Source of the DNA: Vulcanimicrobiaceae bacterium
GTDB taxonomy: Bacteria; Vulcanimicrobiota; Vulcanimicrobiia; Vulcanimicrobiales; Vulcanimicrobiaceae
NCBI GenBank assembly: GCA_051986335.1
Contig: JBPYDW010000272.1
Coordinates: forward strand, 1 to 43,768
DNA length: 43,768 nucleotides
Direction: 5' to 3'
Part shown: one piece after another, positions 17,276 to 25,675 of the stretch
Layout of the letters: each line of letters opens with the position of its first letter
Position numbering within the stretch: the first letter of the stretch is position 1
Notes under the pieces: generated by a model
Databases searched by the model: none
The model's input: only the letters and a program-made list of their open reading frames with translations
What the model was told of the DNA's origin: nothing
Position numbers and translations under genes: made by a program

Positions 17276-19155
17276 GCAACCGTGATCCCTTCGTAGTGCG
17301 GGCGTTCGCCGCTGTCGCTCAGGCGATCGGCGGCGAGTGCCATGGTGGGAAAGAGATGTCTGTAGAGGTGATAGTTTATGTAGAAGTCCCTGGGAAAACC
17401 TGTGCCGGTGAACTCCGGTTCGTCCCACGTGCCGTCCGCTCGCTGGTGCTCGCGGAGATAATCGAGGCCCCGGCGGCACGCCGGGCGATCGCCGTGACCG
17501 GCAAGCTGCAGGCTCAGCACCGCCCAGGCCGTTTGCGAGGCCGTGCTCGCGCCGACGCCGGCGAACGATTCGTCGGCGTAGGAATGGCAGCTCTCGCCCC
17601 AGCCGCCGTCGGAATTCTGGATCGAGATCAGCCAGCGCAGAGCGCGCTCGATCATGTCGTCACCGGCGCGCAGGGCAGTCAATGCCGAAAGCACGCACCA
17701 GGTGCCGTAGATGTGATTGACGCCCCAGCGCCCGAACCACGATCCCCACGATTTCTGCGTGTGTCGCAAGTACCGTAGACCGGACGCGACGTAGGGATCG
17801 TCGACGCCGCATCCCAGCGCGGCGAGCATTTCGAGAACGTGAGCGGTTACATCTTCGGTCGGCGGATCGATCAGCGCGCCGAAATCCGCGAACGGCATCC
17901 TGTAGAGAAGCTCTCGCGTGTTGTCGCGATCGAACGCCGCCCACGCACCGTTGCTCGAGCGCATCGCTAACGTCCAGCGGCGCGCTCGCTCGATCGCAAT
18001 GGATTCGTTTGCTCCCGCTTCCAACAGCGCGAGCACGACGATGGTCGTGTCGTCGACGTCCGGGTAGGCATCGTTATCGAACTCAAATGCCCAGCCGCCG
18101 CAGTCGACGCCGCGGCACGCCAGCCGCCAATCGCCGGGCGCGTCCGGCGCGATCTGCTCGTCGATCAGCCAGCGTACCGCGCGCCGGAGTGCGGGATGAT
18201 CCCGATCGACGCCGGCGGCGGCCAGCGCGCGCACCGCCCAGGCGGTGTCCCACACCGGCGACATGCAGGCTTGGAACCGCAAACCATCTCGCGCGTCGTT
18301 CATGATGAAGCGCTCCATCCCGTCGAGGCCCTTGCGCATCACCGGATGATTCACCGCGAATCCTTCAACCGACAACGCAATCAACGAATAGACCCACGGC
18401 GGCTGAATTCCGCCCCAACTGCCATCGGCTTCTTGCCGCTCGATGATCCACTGCACGACGCGTCGCCGAGCAAGTGCGCGCAGCGGTTGCCGCGGCAAAC
18501 GATCGTACGTCTTCAAGATCCGATCGATCCACCAAAACGCACCGTCGCCGGGCACACGCCTCAGTGAGGCGGCAGTTCCCTCGGCGACGATCTCGCTGAC
18601 GTCGACGCCGAGCTCGCGGATCGGACGCCGTGAGATCACGATGGTGAGTGGCGCCACCGTGCCGCGCGCCCAACACGAAAAATCGTAGAAATTGAACGGC
18701 ATCTGCCGCGAGAAGAAGACCAGCTCGGGCGGCAGCGACGGCACGCCGTCCCAGGGATACTTCCCAAATAGAGCCAGCCAAATCTTGGTGAAGACGCGAC
18801 TGTGCGCTACGCCGCCGAGGGCAAGAATCGTGCGCAGCGCGTCGCGCATTTCCCGGCGCGCTGGATCGACGCCGAGCACCTTCAGCGCAACGTACGCTTC
18901 GATCGTCGTGCTGACGTCGGCCGGACCGTCGTGATAGAGCGCCCACGAGCCGTCCTCGCGCTGCTTGCCCAAGATGTGCGCGATCGCGCCGTCGCGTATG
19001 GCTGCGAGATCGAGGCTAAGAAACCGCAGGAGCAACACGTGCTCGGCGGTCATCGTCACGTTCGTCTCGAGTTCGCCCGACCACCAGCCGTCCGGCGACT
19101 GCTGCGCGAGCAACCATTCGATGCTGCGGTCTAATGCGTCAGGCAACCCGTTCAC
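17272..19155 (-). CDS. shc: squalene-hopene cyclase
   Basis: The catalytic DxDD motif (YPDVDDTTIV) is present. There are multiple QW repeats (QREDGSW, RQEADGSWGG, IQNSDGGWGE, HQRADGTW). A GTG start at 19155 gives VNGLPDALDRSIEWLLAQQ. The track start at 19353 lies inside hpnE. Confidence 0.95.
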   Translation of the reverse strand: MNGLPDALDRSIEWLLAQQSPDGWWSGELETNVTMTAEHVLLLRFLSLDLAAIRDGAIAHILGKQREDGSWALYHDGPADVSTTIEAYVALKVLGVDPARREMRDALRTILALGGVAHSRVFTKIWLALFGKYPWDGVPSLPPELVFFSRQMPFNFYDFSCWARGTVAPLTIVISRRPIRELGVDVSEIVAEGTAASLRRVPGDGAFWWIDRILKTYDRLPRQPLRALARRRVVQWIIERQEADGSWGGIQPPWVYSLIALSVEGFAVNHPVMRKGLDGMERFIMNDARDGLRFQACMSPVWDTAWAVRALAAAGVDRDHPALRRAVRWLIDEQIAPDAPGDWRLACRGVDCGGWAFEFDNDAYPDVDDTTIVVLALLEAGANESIAIERARRWTLAMRSSNGAWAAFDRDNTRELLYRMPFADFGALIDPPTEDVTAHVLEMLAALGCGVDDPYVASGLRYLRHTQKSWGSWFGRWGVNHIYGTWCVLSALTALRAGDDMIERALRWLISIQNSDGGWGESCHSYADESFAGVGASTASQTAWAVLSLQLAGHGDRPACRRGLDYLREHQRADGTWDEPEFTGTGFPRDFYINYHLYRHLFPTMALAADRLSDSGERPHYEGITVA

Positions 19156-20416
19156 CTTGCAGAATGAGTTCGGCGGCGGCGATTCCGCTACGAACCGCCG
19201 ATTCCATCGTATCGGGCCAGCCGGTATCGGTCCAGGAACCGGCAATGGCCAAACGGGGCTCCGACGTGCGCTGCGACGTTCGCTTTTCGCCGGGCGCCCG
19301 CAGATACGTCGCCTCGAGATTCCGGGTGACCGCGCTGCGCGCCAGGCTGGCATCGCGCAGTGACGGCAGTGCGGAGCGCACCTCGCTCCATGCCCGTTCG
19401 GTCAGCTGCGCGGTCGACAGGGAGAGATATTCGCCGGCCGCGCTCATGCTGCAGCACAGGTATCCCGGCTCCTTTTCAAAGATCCACTGCACCGGAGAGT
19501 CCAGCAACGCGGCGAACTCGAAGCCGAGCGATCCGCGATCGTGCCACAGGTGCACGTCGATGATTGGAAAGGCGACGTAGCCGCCGACATCTGCGACGCC
19601 AAAGCGTTGCGCTTCTCCCAGCAGCGCCGCCACGTGACGCGGCGGAACGGCGAGTATGACCGCGTCGAAAGCCTCGTTGCGCTCGCCGGTGAGCCGCAGC
19701 GTTGCGCCTGCGCCGGAGAACTCGATGCCTAGCACGGCCGTCGAGAGGCGAACGTCTTCGAGCCGGCTCGCGGCAGCGGCGGCAACGTGCGCCAGCGGAA
19801 CCGTGGAAAAGCCGAAGCGCGCGGCCCTCTCGTTGCGTAAGAATGCGGTCGATATAACGAACAGCGCGTCCGCAGCGGCAACCCGATCGAACGGAGCATT
19901 GAAAGCCGGTAAGAAGAAGGGGTTCCAGAAGCCGCGCAGCGTTTGCGCATCCTGGCCGTTTTGCCTCAGCCACGCCGCAAAGGTGGATGGGTGGCCGTTT
20001 TGTCCCCGCATCGCGGCTGCAAGGGCGCGCGCGGTGCGAAGTTTTCCGCCGATAGAGAGATGCGGATAGCGCGCGAACGAGAGCATCACGTGGAGCGGCG
20101 CCGGCAGTGCGGCGGCTCGCAAGTGGCCGGCGACGCCGTCGCGCGACAGGACGAGCGCGTCGAAACGATCCTGCACGTGCAGACGATCCCCCATACCCAC
20201 GCGCTCGACGAAGCGAATGAACTCGGTGCAGCAGCCGAGGAAAACGTGCTGGCCATTGTCGACTTCGCGGCCGTCTATTTCAAACGATGTGGCGCGGCCG
20301 CCGAGCAAACGGCTACGTTCGAAGAGCACCGTTCGAACGCCGGAGCTGTGTAACTCGAGTGCTGCGGCGAGTCCCGCGAGGCCCGCGCCGACGACCGCTA
20401 CGCGGGGTGCAGCCAC
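19139..20416 (-). CDS. hpnE: hydroxysqualene dehydroxylase HpnE (FAD-dependent amine-oxidase family)
   Basis: Contains the VAVVGAGLAGLAAALEL dinucleotide-binding motif. Its position between hpnD and shc supports the call. The GTG start is at 20416. Confidence 0.8.
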   Translation of the reverse strand: MAAPRVAVVGAGLAGLAAALELHSSGVRTVLFERSRLLGGRATSFEIDGREVDNGQHVFLGCCTEFIRFVERVGMGDRLHVQDRFDALVLSRDGVAGHLRAAALPAPLHVMLSFARYPHLSIGGKLRTARALAAAMRGQNGHPSTFAAWLRQNGQDAQTLRGFWNPFFLPAFNAPFDRVAAADALFVISTAFLRNERAARFGFSTVPLAHVAAAAASRLEDVRLSTAVLGIEFSGAGATLRLTGERNEAFDAVILAVPPRHVAALLGEAQRFGVADVGGYVAFPIIDVHLWHDRGSLGFEFAALLDSPVQWIFEKEPGYLCCSMSAAGEYLSLSTAQLTERAWSEVRSALPSLRDASLARSAVTRNLEATYLRAPGEKRTSQRTSEPRLAIAGSWTDTGWPDTMESAVRSGIAAAELILQGERVA

Positions 20417-21252
20417 GATTGCAGCATCACGCGCAGCTTCTCGGACTTCGACAAAGAGGCGCGCTTGCGCAACGGTAGCTCGGGGTCTAGCTCGATCTTG
20501 TCCAGGATCCGCTCGTAGATTCCGGCCATCGTTCGCACGCACGCTCGCGGACGCGGGCCGATGTAGTGCAACAAATTATAGCCGGTATTCACCAGGTCGC
20601 GAGCGCGGCGAGCTTCAAAACCGATCAAGCGATTCCAGCGCTCGCTGGGGCGGCTGTTGAAGAGGTCGTCCTCGGCGACGCCGAATTTGGCGAGCTCGTC
20701 TTGCGGCAAGTAGATGCGTCCGAGGGTGACGTCCTCGCGAACGTCGCGCAGCACGTTGATCAACTGCAGCCCCAAGCCAAGTTGTTCCGCCCAGTCGAGC
20801 GCGCGTGAATCTTCGAATCCGAAGATTCGAACGCACATGCGACCGACCACCGAGGCCACGAGGTAGCAGTACCGGCGCAGCTCGTCCCACGACTGGTAGC
20901 GCGTGCGTGAGAAGTCCATCTCCACGCCGTCGATGAGCAGCTGCAGCTCCTCCTCGAGGATTCCGTAGCGGGCTACCGCGCGGGAGAGAACTTCCATCAC
21001 TGGGTCGTCGGCGGCGTACTCGCCGCGGACGCCGCGCCTGACCCTTTCCCGGTAAACGGCTAGCCGCTCCGGTAGTCGCGGCCGCGACGGATCGTCGGCC
21101 TCATCGTCCACTTGGCGGGCGAACGCGTACAGGGCGTAGATCGCGACGCGCTGGTCGTGGGCGAGCGAGACGAACCCCCAGTAGAAATTCTTGGCTTCGC
21201 GGCGCACCAACTCCAGGCAATACCGCTCGGCCGTGTCAAGCTGTCTCAGCAC
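20398..21252 (-). CDS. hpnD: presqualene diphosphate synthase HpnD (squalene/phytoene synthase family)
   Basis: Contains AKNFYWGFVSLAHDQRVAIYALYAFARQVDDEADD and a second Asp-rich block, VREDV. The GTG start is at 21252. Confidence 0.8.
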   Translation of the reverse strand: MLRQLDTAERYCLELVRREAKNFYWGFVSLAHDQRVAIYALYAFARQVDDEADDPSRPRLPERLAVYRERVRRGVRGEYAADDPVMEVLSRAVARYGILEEELQLLIDGVEMDFSRTRYQSWDELRRYCYLVASVVGRMCVRIFGFEDSRALDWAEQLGLGLQLINVLRDVREDVTLGRIYLPQDELAKFGVAEDDLFNSRPSERWNRLIGFEARRARDLVNTGYNLLHYIGPRPRACVRTMAGIYERILDKIELDPELPLRKRASLSKSEKLRVMLQSWLHPA

Positions 21253-22075
21253 TGCCTCCAATACGATGGGTCGTCGCGCGGGCGGCTCGCAGGAAGACGC
21301 GCGCTCGCTCGATCGTACCCACGTGCGGCCGAGATTCGGCCGTTCGAAATCCCTGGCGCTCGATTGCGTCGCAGATCGCCAAACCTCCATGACGGTAGAG
21401 TGAAAGCTGCAAGCGAAGCGCCGGCGGCGCGATCAGTTCTAAAGAACGTCCTGAATCGAGCAGCGTGCGCGCGCGCTCGACGAGCGCGCGGGTCGCTCCG
21501 ACCAAACCCATGCTTCGAACATCGCAGGCTAACAGGTACGTGCGGCCGATACGCCGGTCGCGGCTGACATCCTGCGCGTGGTTGGCGAGCTGGAGGCCGA
21601 TGCAGACGTCGTCGGAGAGCCGTTCGGCCAGCGGACCGTGCAGATCGAAGATGCGCAAGACGATTCTTCCGACCGGTGCCGCCGACAGCATGCAGTACGC
21701 CTCCAAATCAGCCCAGCGCTCGTACGATGAGACGTGCTGATCTTGTTCGTTTGCTGCGATCAGATCGAGAAATGGCTGCGCGGGAAGCGCGTAGTGGCGC
21801 AGCGTTTCGCGTAGGGCCACGAGAACCGGATGCACCGGTGCAGCACCGGCGAAAAAGTCGGTGACCTCGGCGCGCCAGCGCCGCAAGCGGTCTGCCGCGG
21901 CGCCGCCGCTCTCGTCACCTAGGTCGTCGGTAGCGCGGCAGTAGGCGTAAAAGCGCATGAGATCCCTGCGCCGGCGGCCGCGCACCAGCGGCGATGCGAC
22001 GATGAAGTTCTCGTAGTGGCGCGAGCACAAATAACGGCAGTAGGCGTCGGCCGCCTCGAGATTCAGATCACGCAT
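21236..22075 (-). CDS. hpnC: hydroxysqualene synthase HpnC (squalene/phytoene synthase family)
   Basis: HYENFIVASPLV...FYAYCRATDDLGDE is typical of HpnC. The ATG at 22075 overlaps the fni stop by 8 nt. Confidence 0.85.
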   Translation of the reverse strand: MRDLNLEAADAYCRYLCSRHYENFIVASPLVRGRRRRDLMRFYAYCRATDDLGDESGGAAADRLRRWRAEVTDFFAGAAPVHPVLVALRETLRHYALPAQPFLDLIAANEQDQHVSSYERWADLEAYCMLSAAPVGRIVLRIFDLHGPLAERLSDDVCIGLQLANHAQDVSRDRRIGRTYLLACDVRSMGLVGATRALVERARTLLDSGRSLELIAPPALRLQLSLYRHGGLAICDAIERQGFRTAESRPHVGTIERARVFLRAARATTHRIGGSAETA

Positions 22076-23132
22076 CGCTCGCTAGCGGTCCCGCCAGATG
22101 ACGCAGTCGCGGCGTGCCGCGAAGCTGCGCGAGACTTTGCGTTCCGAGCGAGAACATCGAAACGCGCAAGACCTCGATGAGTTCGCGCGCCAGGTCACCG
22201 GCTGCGCTCTCGCCGGCGTTGGCAGCGCGCAGGAACGGGCCGGCGATGCCAACGAGATCGGCACCCATCGCGAGCGCCTTGACCGTATCGATTCCATCAC
22301 GGATCCCTCCGCTGGCAAAGAGCAGGCCATGTGGCGCCGCGGCGCGGGCTTCCTGCAAGCACTGCGCCGTCGGAATCCCCCACCCGGCGAACTGGGCGGC
22401 CACGTTGGCGCGCCAGTTCTCGTCGATGCGGTAGCGCTCGACTTCGCTCCACGAGGTGCCGCCCGCGCCGGCGAGATCGACGGCGGCGACGCCACGGTCA
22501 ACAAGGGCGACGACCGCGTCGGGGGCGATGCCCCAGCCAACTTCCTTGACGATAACCGGCACGTCGAGTCCGCGACACACCTCGCCGATCTTCGCGAGCA
22601 ACCCGCGGAAGCAGGCATCTCCCCCGGGCTGCAGCGCTTCTTGGAGTGCGTTGAGGTGCAGCACCAGCGCATCGGCGCGCAGCATTTCGACGAGCCGACG
22701 GCAATCGTCGCTGCCGTATCCTCTATTCAATTGCACCGCGCCGAGGTTTGCGAACAGCAGCACGTCGGGGGCGACGGCGCGAACGTCGAAGCTATCGATC
22801 AGCGAAGGCTGCTCGAGCAAAGCTCGGCCCGAGCCCAGGCCCATTGCAAGTTGCTCCGCCTGTGCCACGGATGCGAGCGTGCGATTGATCCGCGCGGCCT
22901 CCAGCGTTCCGCCGGTCATGCAGGAAATCAATAACGGCGCCGCCAGCCGGCGACCGAAAAGCGTCGTCGAAGCATCCACCTCGTCGAGGTCGATTTCGGG
23001 AAGCGCGTTGTGGACGAATCGGTAGCCTTCAAATCCGTTGCCGATTCCCTTGGCGGCCACGTCTTCGTGGATGTTGATGCGAATGTGATCGGCTTTACGC
23101 GAAGCCGTTCGACCCTCGATCAGTGGTTGCAA
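22068..23132 (-). CDS. fni: type 2 isopentenyl-diphosphate delta-isomerase (FMN-dependent)
   Basis: Contains RKADHIRINI..., LLISCMTGG, GLGSGR and VIVKEVGWGI, and the length is right for IDI-2. A TTG start at 23132 with a GGGAGAG Shine-Dalgarno 8 nt upstream gives 354 aa. The upstream 124 codons of the track ORF overlap hpnK and look like non-coding read-through. Confidence 0.85.
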   Translation of the reverse strand: MQPLIEGRTASRKADHIRINIHEDVAAKGIGNGFEGYRFVHNALPEIDLDEVDASTTLFGRRLAAPLLISCMTGGTLEAARINRTLASVAQAEQLAMGLGSGRALLEQPSLIDSFDVRAVAPDVLLFANLGAVQLNRGYGSDDCRRLVEMLRADALVLHLNALQEALQPGGDACFRGLLAKIGEVCRGLDVPVIVKEVGWGIAPDAVVALVDRGVAAVDLAGAGGTSWSEVERYRIDENWRANVAAQFAGWGIPTAQCLQEARAAAPHGLLFASGGIRDGIDTVKALAMGADLVGIAGPFLRAANAGESAAGDLARELIEVLRVSMFSLGTQSLAQLRGTPRLRHLAGPLASDA

Positions 23133-23286
23133 TCCCTGCGCTCTCCCGATGCCATCAAACGATACGCGATTCGCGTCTCGGCGGGCGTTCGGCCGCCGAG
23201 AGTGGTCTCTAGCGCCTTCGCCGCCATACTCGGCGTTCCCGCGGTCAACCGAGGATAAAGGCTCCCCGGTATCACAGTCGGGAGCG

Positions 23287-24147
23287 ATGCCGCAGGCACG
23301 TACTGGCCCGGGACGTTCTATCATCGTTACGGCTGACGATTTCGGCCTGTCGTTGCCGGTTAACGATGCGATCGAACGCGCGCATCGTGACGGTGTGCTC
23401 TCGACCGCGAGCTTGATGGTAGCGGCGGCCGCGACCGGCGACGCCGTTCGCCGCGCGCGCGAGATGAAAGATTTGCGCGTCGGCCTGCACGTCGTGCTCG
23501 TCAACGGACGTCCGATGCTGCCTCCTTCCTCCGTACCGGATCTGGTCGACGAACGCGGTGAGTTCTTGACCGATCTCGGGCGCGCCGGCGTCCGCTTTTT
23601 CTTTCGGCGCGGCGTTCGCGCGCAGTTGGAAGCGGAGATCGAAGCGCAATTTCAAGCCTTCGCGCGCACCGGACTGGAGCTGGATCATGTAAACGCCCAA
23701 AACCACATGCACGTCCATCCGACCGTCTTGCGGATCATCCTGCGCGTCGGACGGCGATACGGTTTGCACGCGGTGCGCGTGCCGTACGAGCCACTCGTTC
23801 CTTCCTGGCGCAGCGGGCACGACCGCCTATTCGCGCGGCTCGGCAACGGCGTCCTATTGCTGCCGTGGCTTGCGCTGATGAAACTGCAGTTGCGGCGAGC
23901 GCGGCTCGTCTACAACGAGTTTATCTTCGGCATGGGCGATACGGGCAGGATGACGCCGCAACGCGTGCTGGGCTTGCTGCCCAACCTTCCACGCGGTGTT
24001 TCCGAAGTGTACTTCCATCCGGCGATGCACGGCGGCCCGGAGCAGGACGAATATCGCGCGCTCGTCGACCCGCAGGTGAAGGACGCGATCTCGCGGGGCA
24101 GCATCAGACCGCTGACTTTTGGCGAACTAGCGAACGGACGTGGCTAG
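23287..24147 (+). CDS. hpnK: hopanoid biosynthesis-associated deacetylase HpnK (YdjC/ChbG family)
   Basis: IIVTADDFGLSLPVNDAIERAHRDGVLSTASLMV is the YdjC-family N-terminus. The gene is adjacent to hpnI. The ATG is at 23287. Confidence 0.8.
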   Translation: MPQARTGPGRSIIVTADDFGLSLPVNDAIERAHRDGVLSTASLMVAAAATGDAVRRAREMKDLRVGLHVVLVNGRPMLPPSSVPDLVDERGEFLTDLGRAGVRFFFRRGVRAQLEAEIEAQFQAFARTGLELDHVNAQNHMHVHPTVLRIILRVGRRYGLHAVRVPYEPLVPSWRSGHDRLFARLGNGVLLLPWLALMKLQLRRARLVYNEFIFGMGDTGRMTPQRVLGLLPNLPRGVSEVYFHPAMHGGPEQDEYRALVDPQVKDAISRGSIRPLTFGELANGRG

Positions 24148-25321
24148 CTTCCTCTCGCGCGCGATCTCGGGGGTGACGTTTGCAGCCGCTGCGTTTGGCT
24201 GCGCCTACACCGCGTTCGCGCTGGTGCGCGCGCTCGGCTTCGCCAAACGGGCTTCACGATCCAACGCAGGTGATGCCGATGCACCGCCGTTGACGGTGCT
24301 CAAGCCGATCTGTGGCCTCGAAGCCGAGCTATACGAGAACCTGCGATCTTTTTGCGAGCAAGACTATCCGGCGTTTCAAGTGATCTTCGGAGTCGCCGAG
24401 CGCGACGATCCGGCGCTGGCCGTCGTGGAGCGCGTGGTCGGGAATTTTCCCGATCTCGACCTCACCGTGGTGGTCGGCTCGCCGCACGCGCGGCAAGCTG
24501 CGGCGATAAATCCGAAAGTGGCAAATTTGGCCGGCATGATCGGACACGCTAAATACGATATCGTCGTCATCGCCGATGCCGACATGCGGGTGGGGCGAGA
24601 GTACTTGCGCGCGATCGCCGGCGCTTTCGAGAACTCCGACGTCGGCGCCGCGACGATGCTCTACTGCGGCTCGCCCGTCGCCGGCATAGCTTCGGCGCTG
24701 GGGGCGCTGCACATCAACGACCACTTTGCTCCGTCGGTGCTGGTGGCGACGGCGCTCGGGCCGATGCGTTTTTGCTTCGGTGCGACGATGGCGGTACGGC
24801 GAGCCGTCCTCGCAGCGATCGGTGGGCTCGATGCCCTCGCATCGCGTCTGGGCGACGATTATGTTCTGGGCGCTCTGGTCACCGACGGCGGCTACGAAGT
24901 GGCGCTGCCTGCGTACGTCGTTCGCAACGTCGTGTTCGAGTCGAGCCTGCCGGAGCTGTGGCAACACGAGCTGCGTTGGGCGCGCACGATTCGCGCGCAG
25001 CGTCCGCTCGGCTACGCATTCCTGTTTCTCACCAATCCGCTTCCTTCGGCGGTGCTGTTTCTCGCCGGCTCCGGTAGCGTTGCGCTCGGGCTCGGGTTAA
25101 TCGGCGTGTCAATGGCGCTTCGTATTGCACTCCACTACGCGATGGCGCGTGCCCTGCGCATCCGGCAAGAGCGCTCGGTGTGGCTCGTTCCGTTGCGCGA
25201 TGCTCTCAGCTGCGCCGTGTGGGTGGCCAGTTTTTTCGGCCGCGACGTACGCTGGCGCCAACGCGGCTTCACCGTGGGCAGCGGAGGCGCGATCGCAGCC
25301 CAACAAAAAAGCCGCTTGTGA
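24140..25321 (+). CDS. hpnI: hopanoid-associated family 2 glycosyltransferase HpnI
   Basis: PPLTVLKPICGLEAELYENLRSFCEQDYPAFQVIFGV and DADMRV (the DxD motif) are flanked by TM segments, giving a ceramide-glucosyltransferase-like layout. The GTG start overlaps the hpnK stop by 8 nt. Confidence 0.8.
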   Translation: MASFLSRAISGVTFAAAAFGCAYTAFALVRALGFAKRASRSNAGDADAPPLTVLKPICGLEAELYENLRSFCEQDYPAFQVIFGVAERDDPALAVVERVVGNFPDLDLTVVVGSPHARQAAAINPKVANLAGMIGHAKYDIVVIADADMRVGREYLRAIAGAFENSDVGAATMLYCGSPVAGIASALGALHINDHFAPSVLVATALGPMRFCFGATMAVRRAVLAAIGGLDALASRLGDDYVLGALVTDGGYEVALPAYVVRNVVFESSLPELWQHELRWARTIRAQRPLGYAFLFLTNPLPSAVLFLAGSGSVALGLGLIGVSMALRIALHYAMARALRIRQERSVWLVPLRDALSCAVWVASFFGRDVRWRQRGFTVGSGGAIAAQQKSRL

Positions 25322-25328
25322 GCGGCTT
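25301..25328 (-). terminator. rho-independent terminator for rpmB; the hairpin also closes hpnI
   Basis: On the minus strand it reads AAGCCGCU-CACA-AGCGGCUU followed by UUUUGUUG. The hpnI stop codon TGA lies in the loop on the plus strand. Confidence 0.7.
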
Positions 25329-25349
25329 CGTTGATCTCGAGTCCGGCGA

Positions 25350-25541
25350 CTAGACCGCGCGCTTGACCTTTTTGGAGCGCAGGCAGGAGGCGCAGACCTT
25401 CGCGGTCCGATGCGTGCCGTGATCGTCGATCTTGACCGACTGCAAATTGGGCAGCCAGCGGCGACGGGTCTTGTTCATCGCGTGGCTGACGTTGTTGCCG
25501 GCCATCGGACCCTTGGAGCAGATTTCGCAGCGCTTCGCCAT
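25350..25541 (-). CDS. rpmB: 50S ribosomal protein L28
   Basis: [34 protein letters not shown] is the canonical L28 sequence. The start is the internal ATG 25541, giving 63 aa. Confidence 0.9.
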   Translation of the reverse strand: MAKRCEICSKGPMAGNNVSHAMNKTRRRWLPNLQSVKIDDHGTHRTAKVCASCLRSKKVKRAV

Positions 25542-25611
25542 CGAACGATTCCCTTTACTACGGTAGACTACCGGCACACCGGCCTCAATTGGCCGAGCGC
25601 GCAACCACCGG

Positions 25612-25640
25612 ATACTACCACGGGCGCTCCGTGGTGACAA
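25612..25640 (-). promoter_or_regulatory. putative sigma-70 promoter of rpmB
   Basis: The minus strand reads TTGTCA, a 17-nt spacer, then TAGTAT. The whole spacer is the palindrome CCACGG-agcgc-CCGTGG. The predicted 5' UTR is about 64 nt and contains a second palindrome, CGGTAG-a-CTACCG (25561-25573). Confidence 0.45.
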
Positions 25641-25675
25641 GGATTCCGGTCGCCACCTCCAATAGACCGCCCCCG

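Noticed and set aside
22098-22934. A 278-aa plus-strand ORF and several nested ORFs.
   Set aside because: They are antisense to the IDI-2 gene (fni) and are low-complexity, Arg/Ala-rich frames.
23133-23504. A 124-codon N-terminal extension of the fni ORF, with similar 5' extensions at 7198-7467, 16279-16596, 19156-19353, 20417-20542 and 21253-21390.
   Set aside because: The extensions overlap the conserved 3' ends of the neighbouring genes (hpnK's 5' end in the fni case). They encode Arg/Pro/Ser-rich sequence and precede the point where homology to the family begins. Internal GTG/TTG starts fit better.
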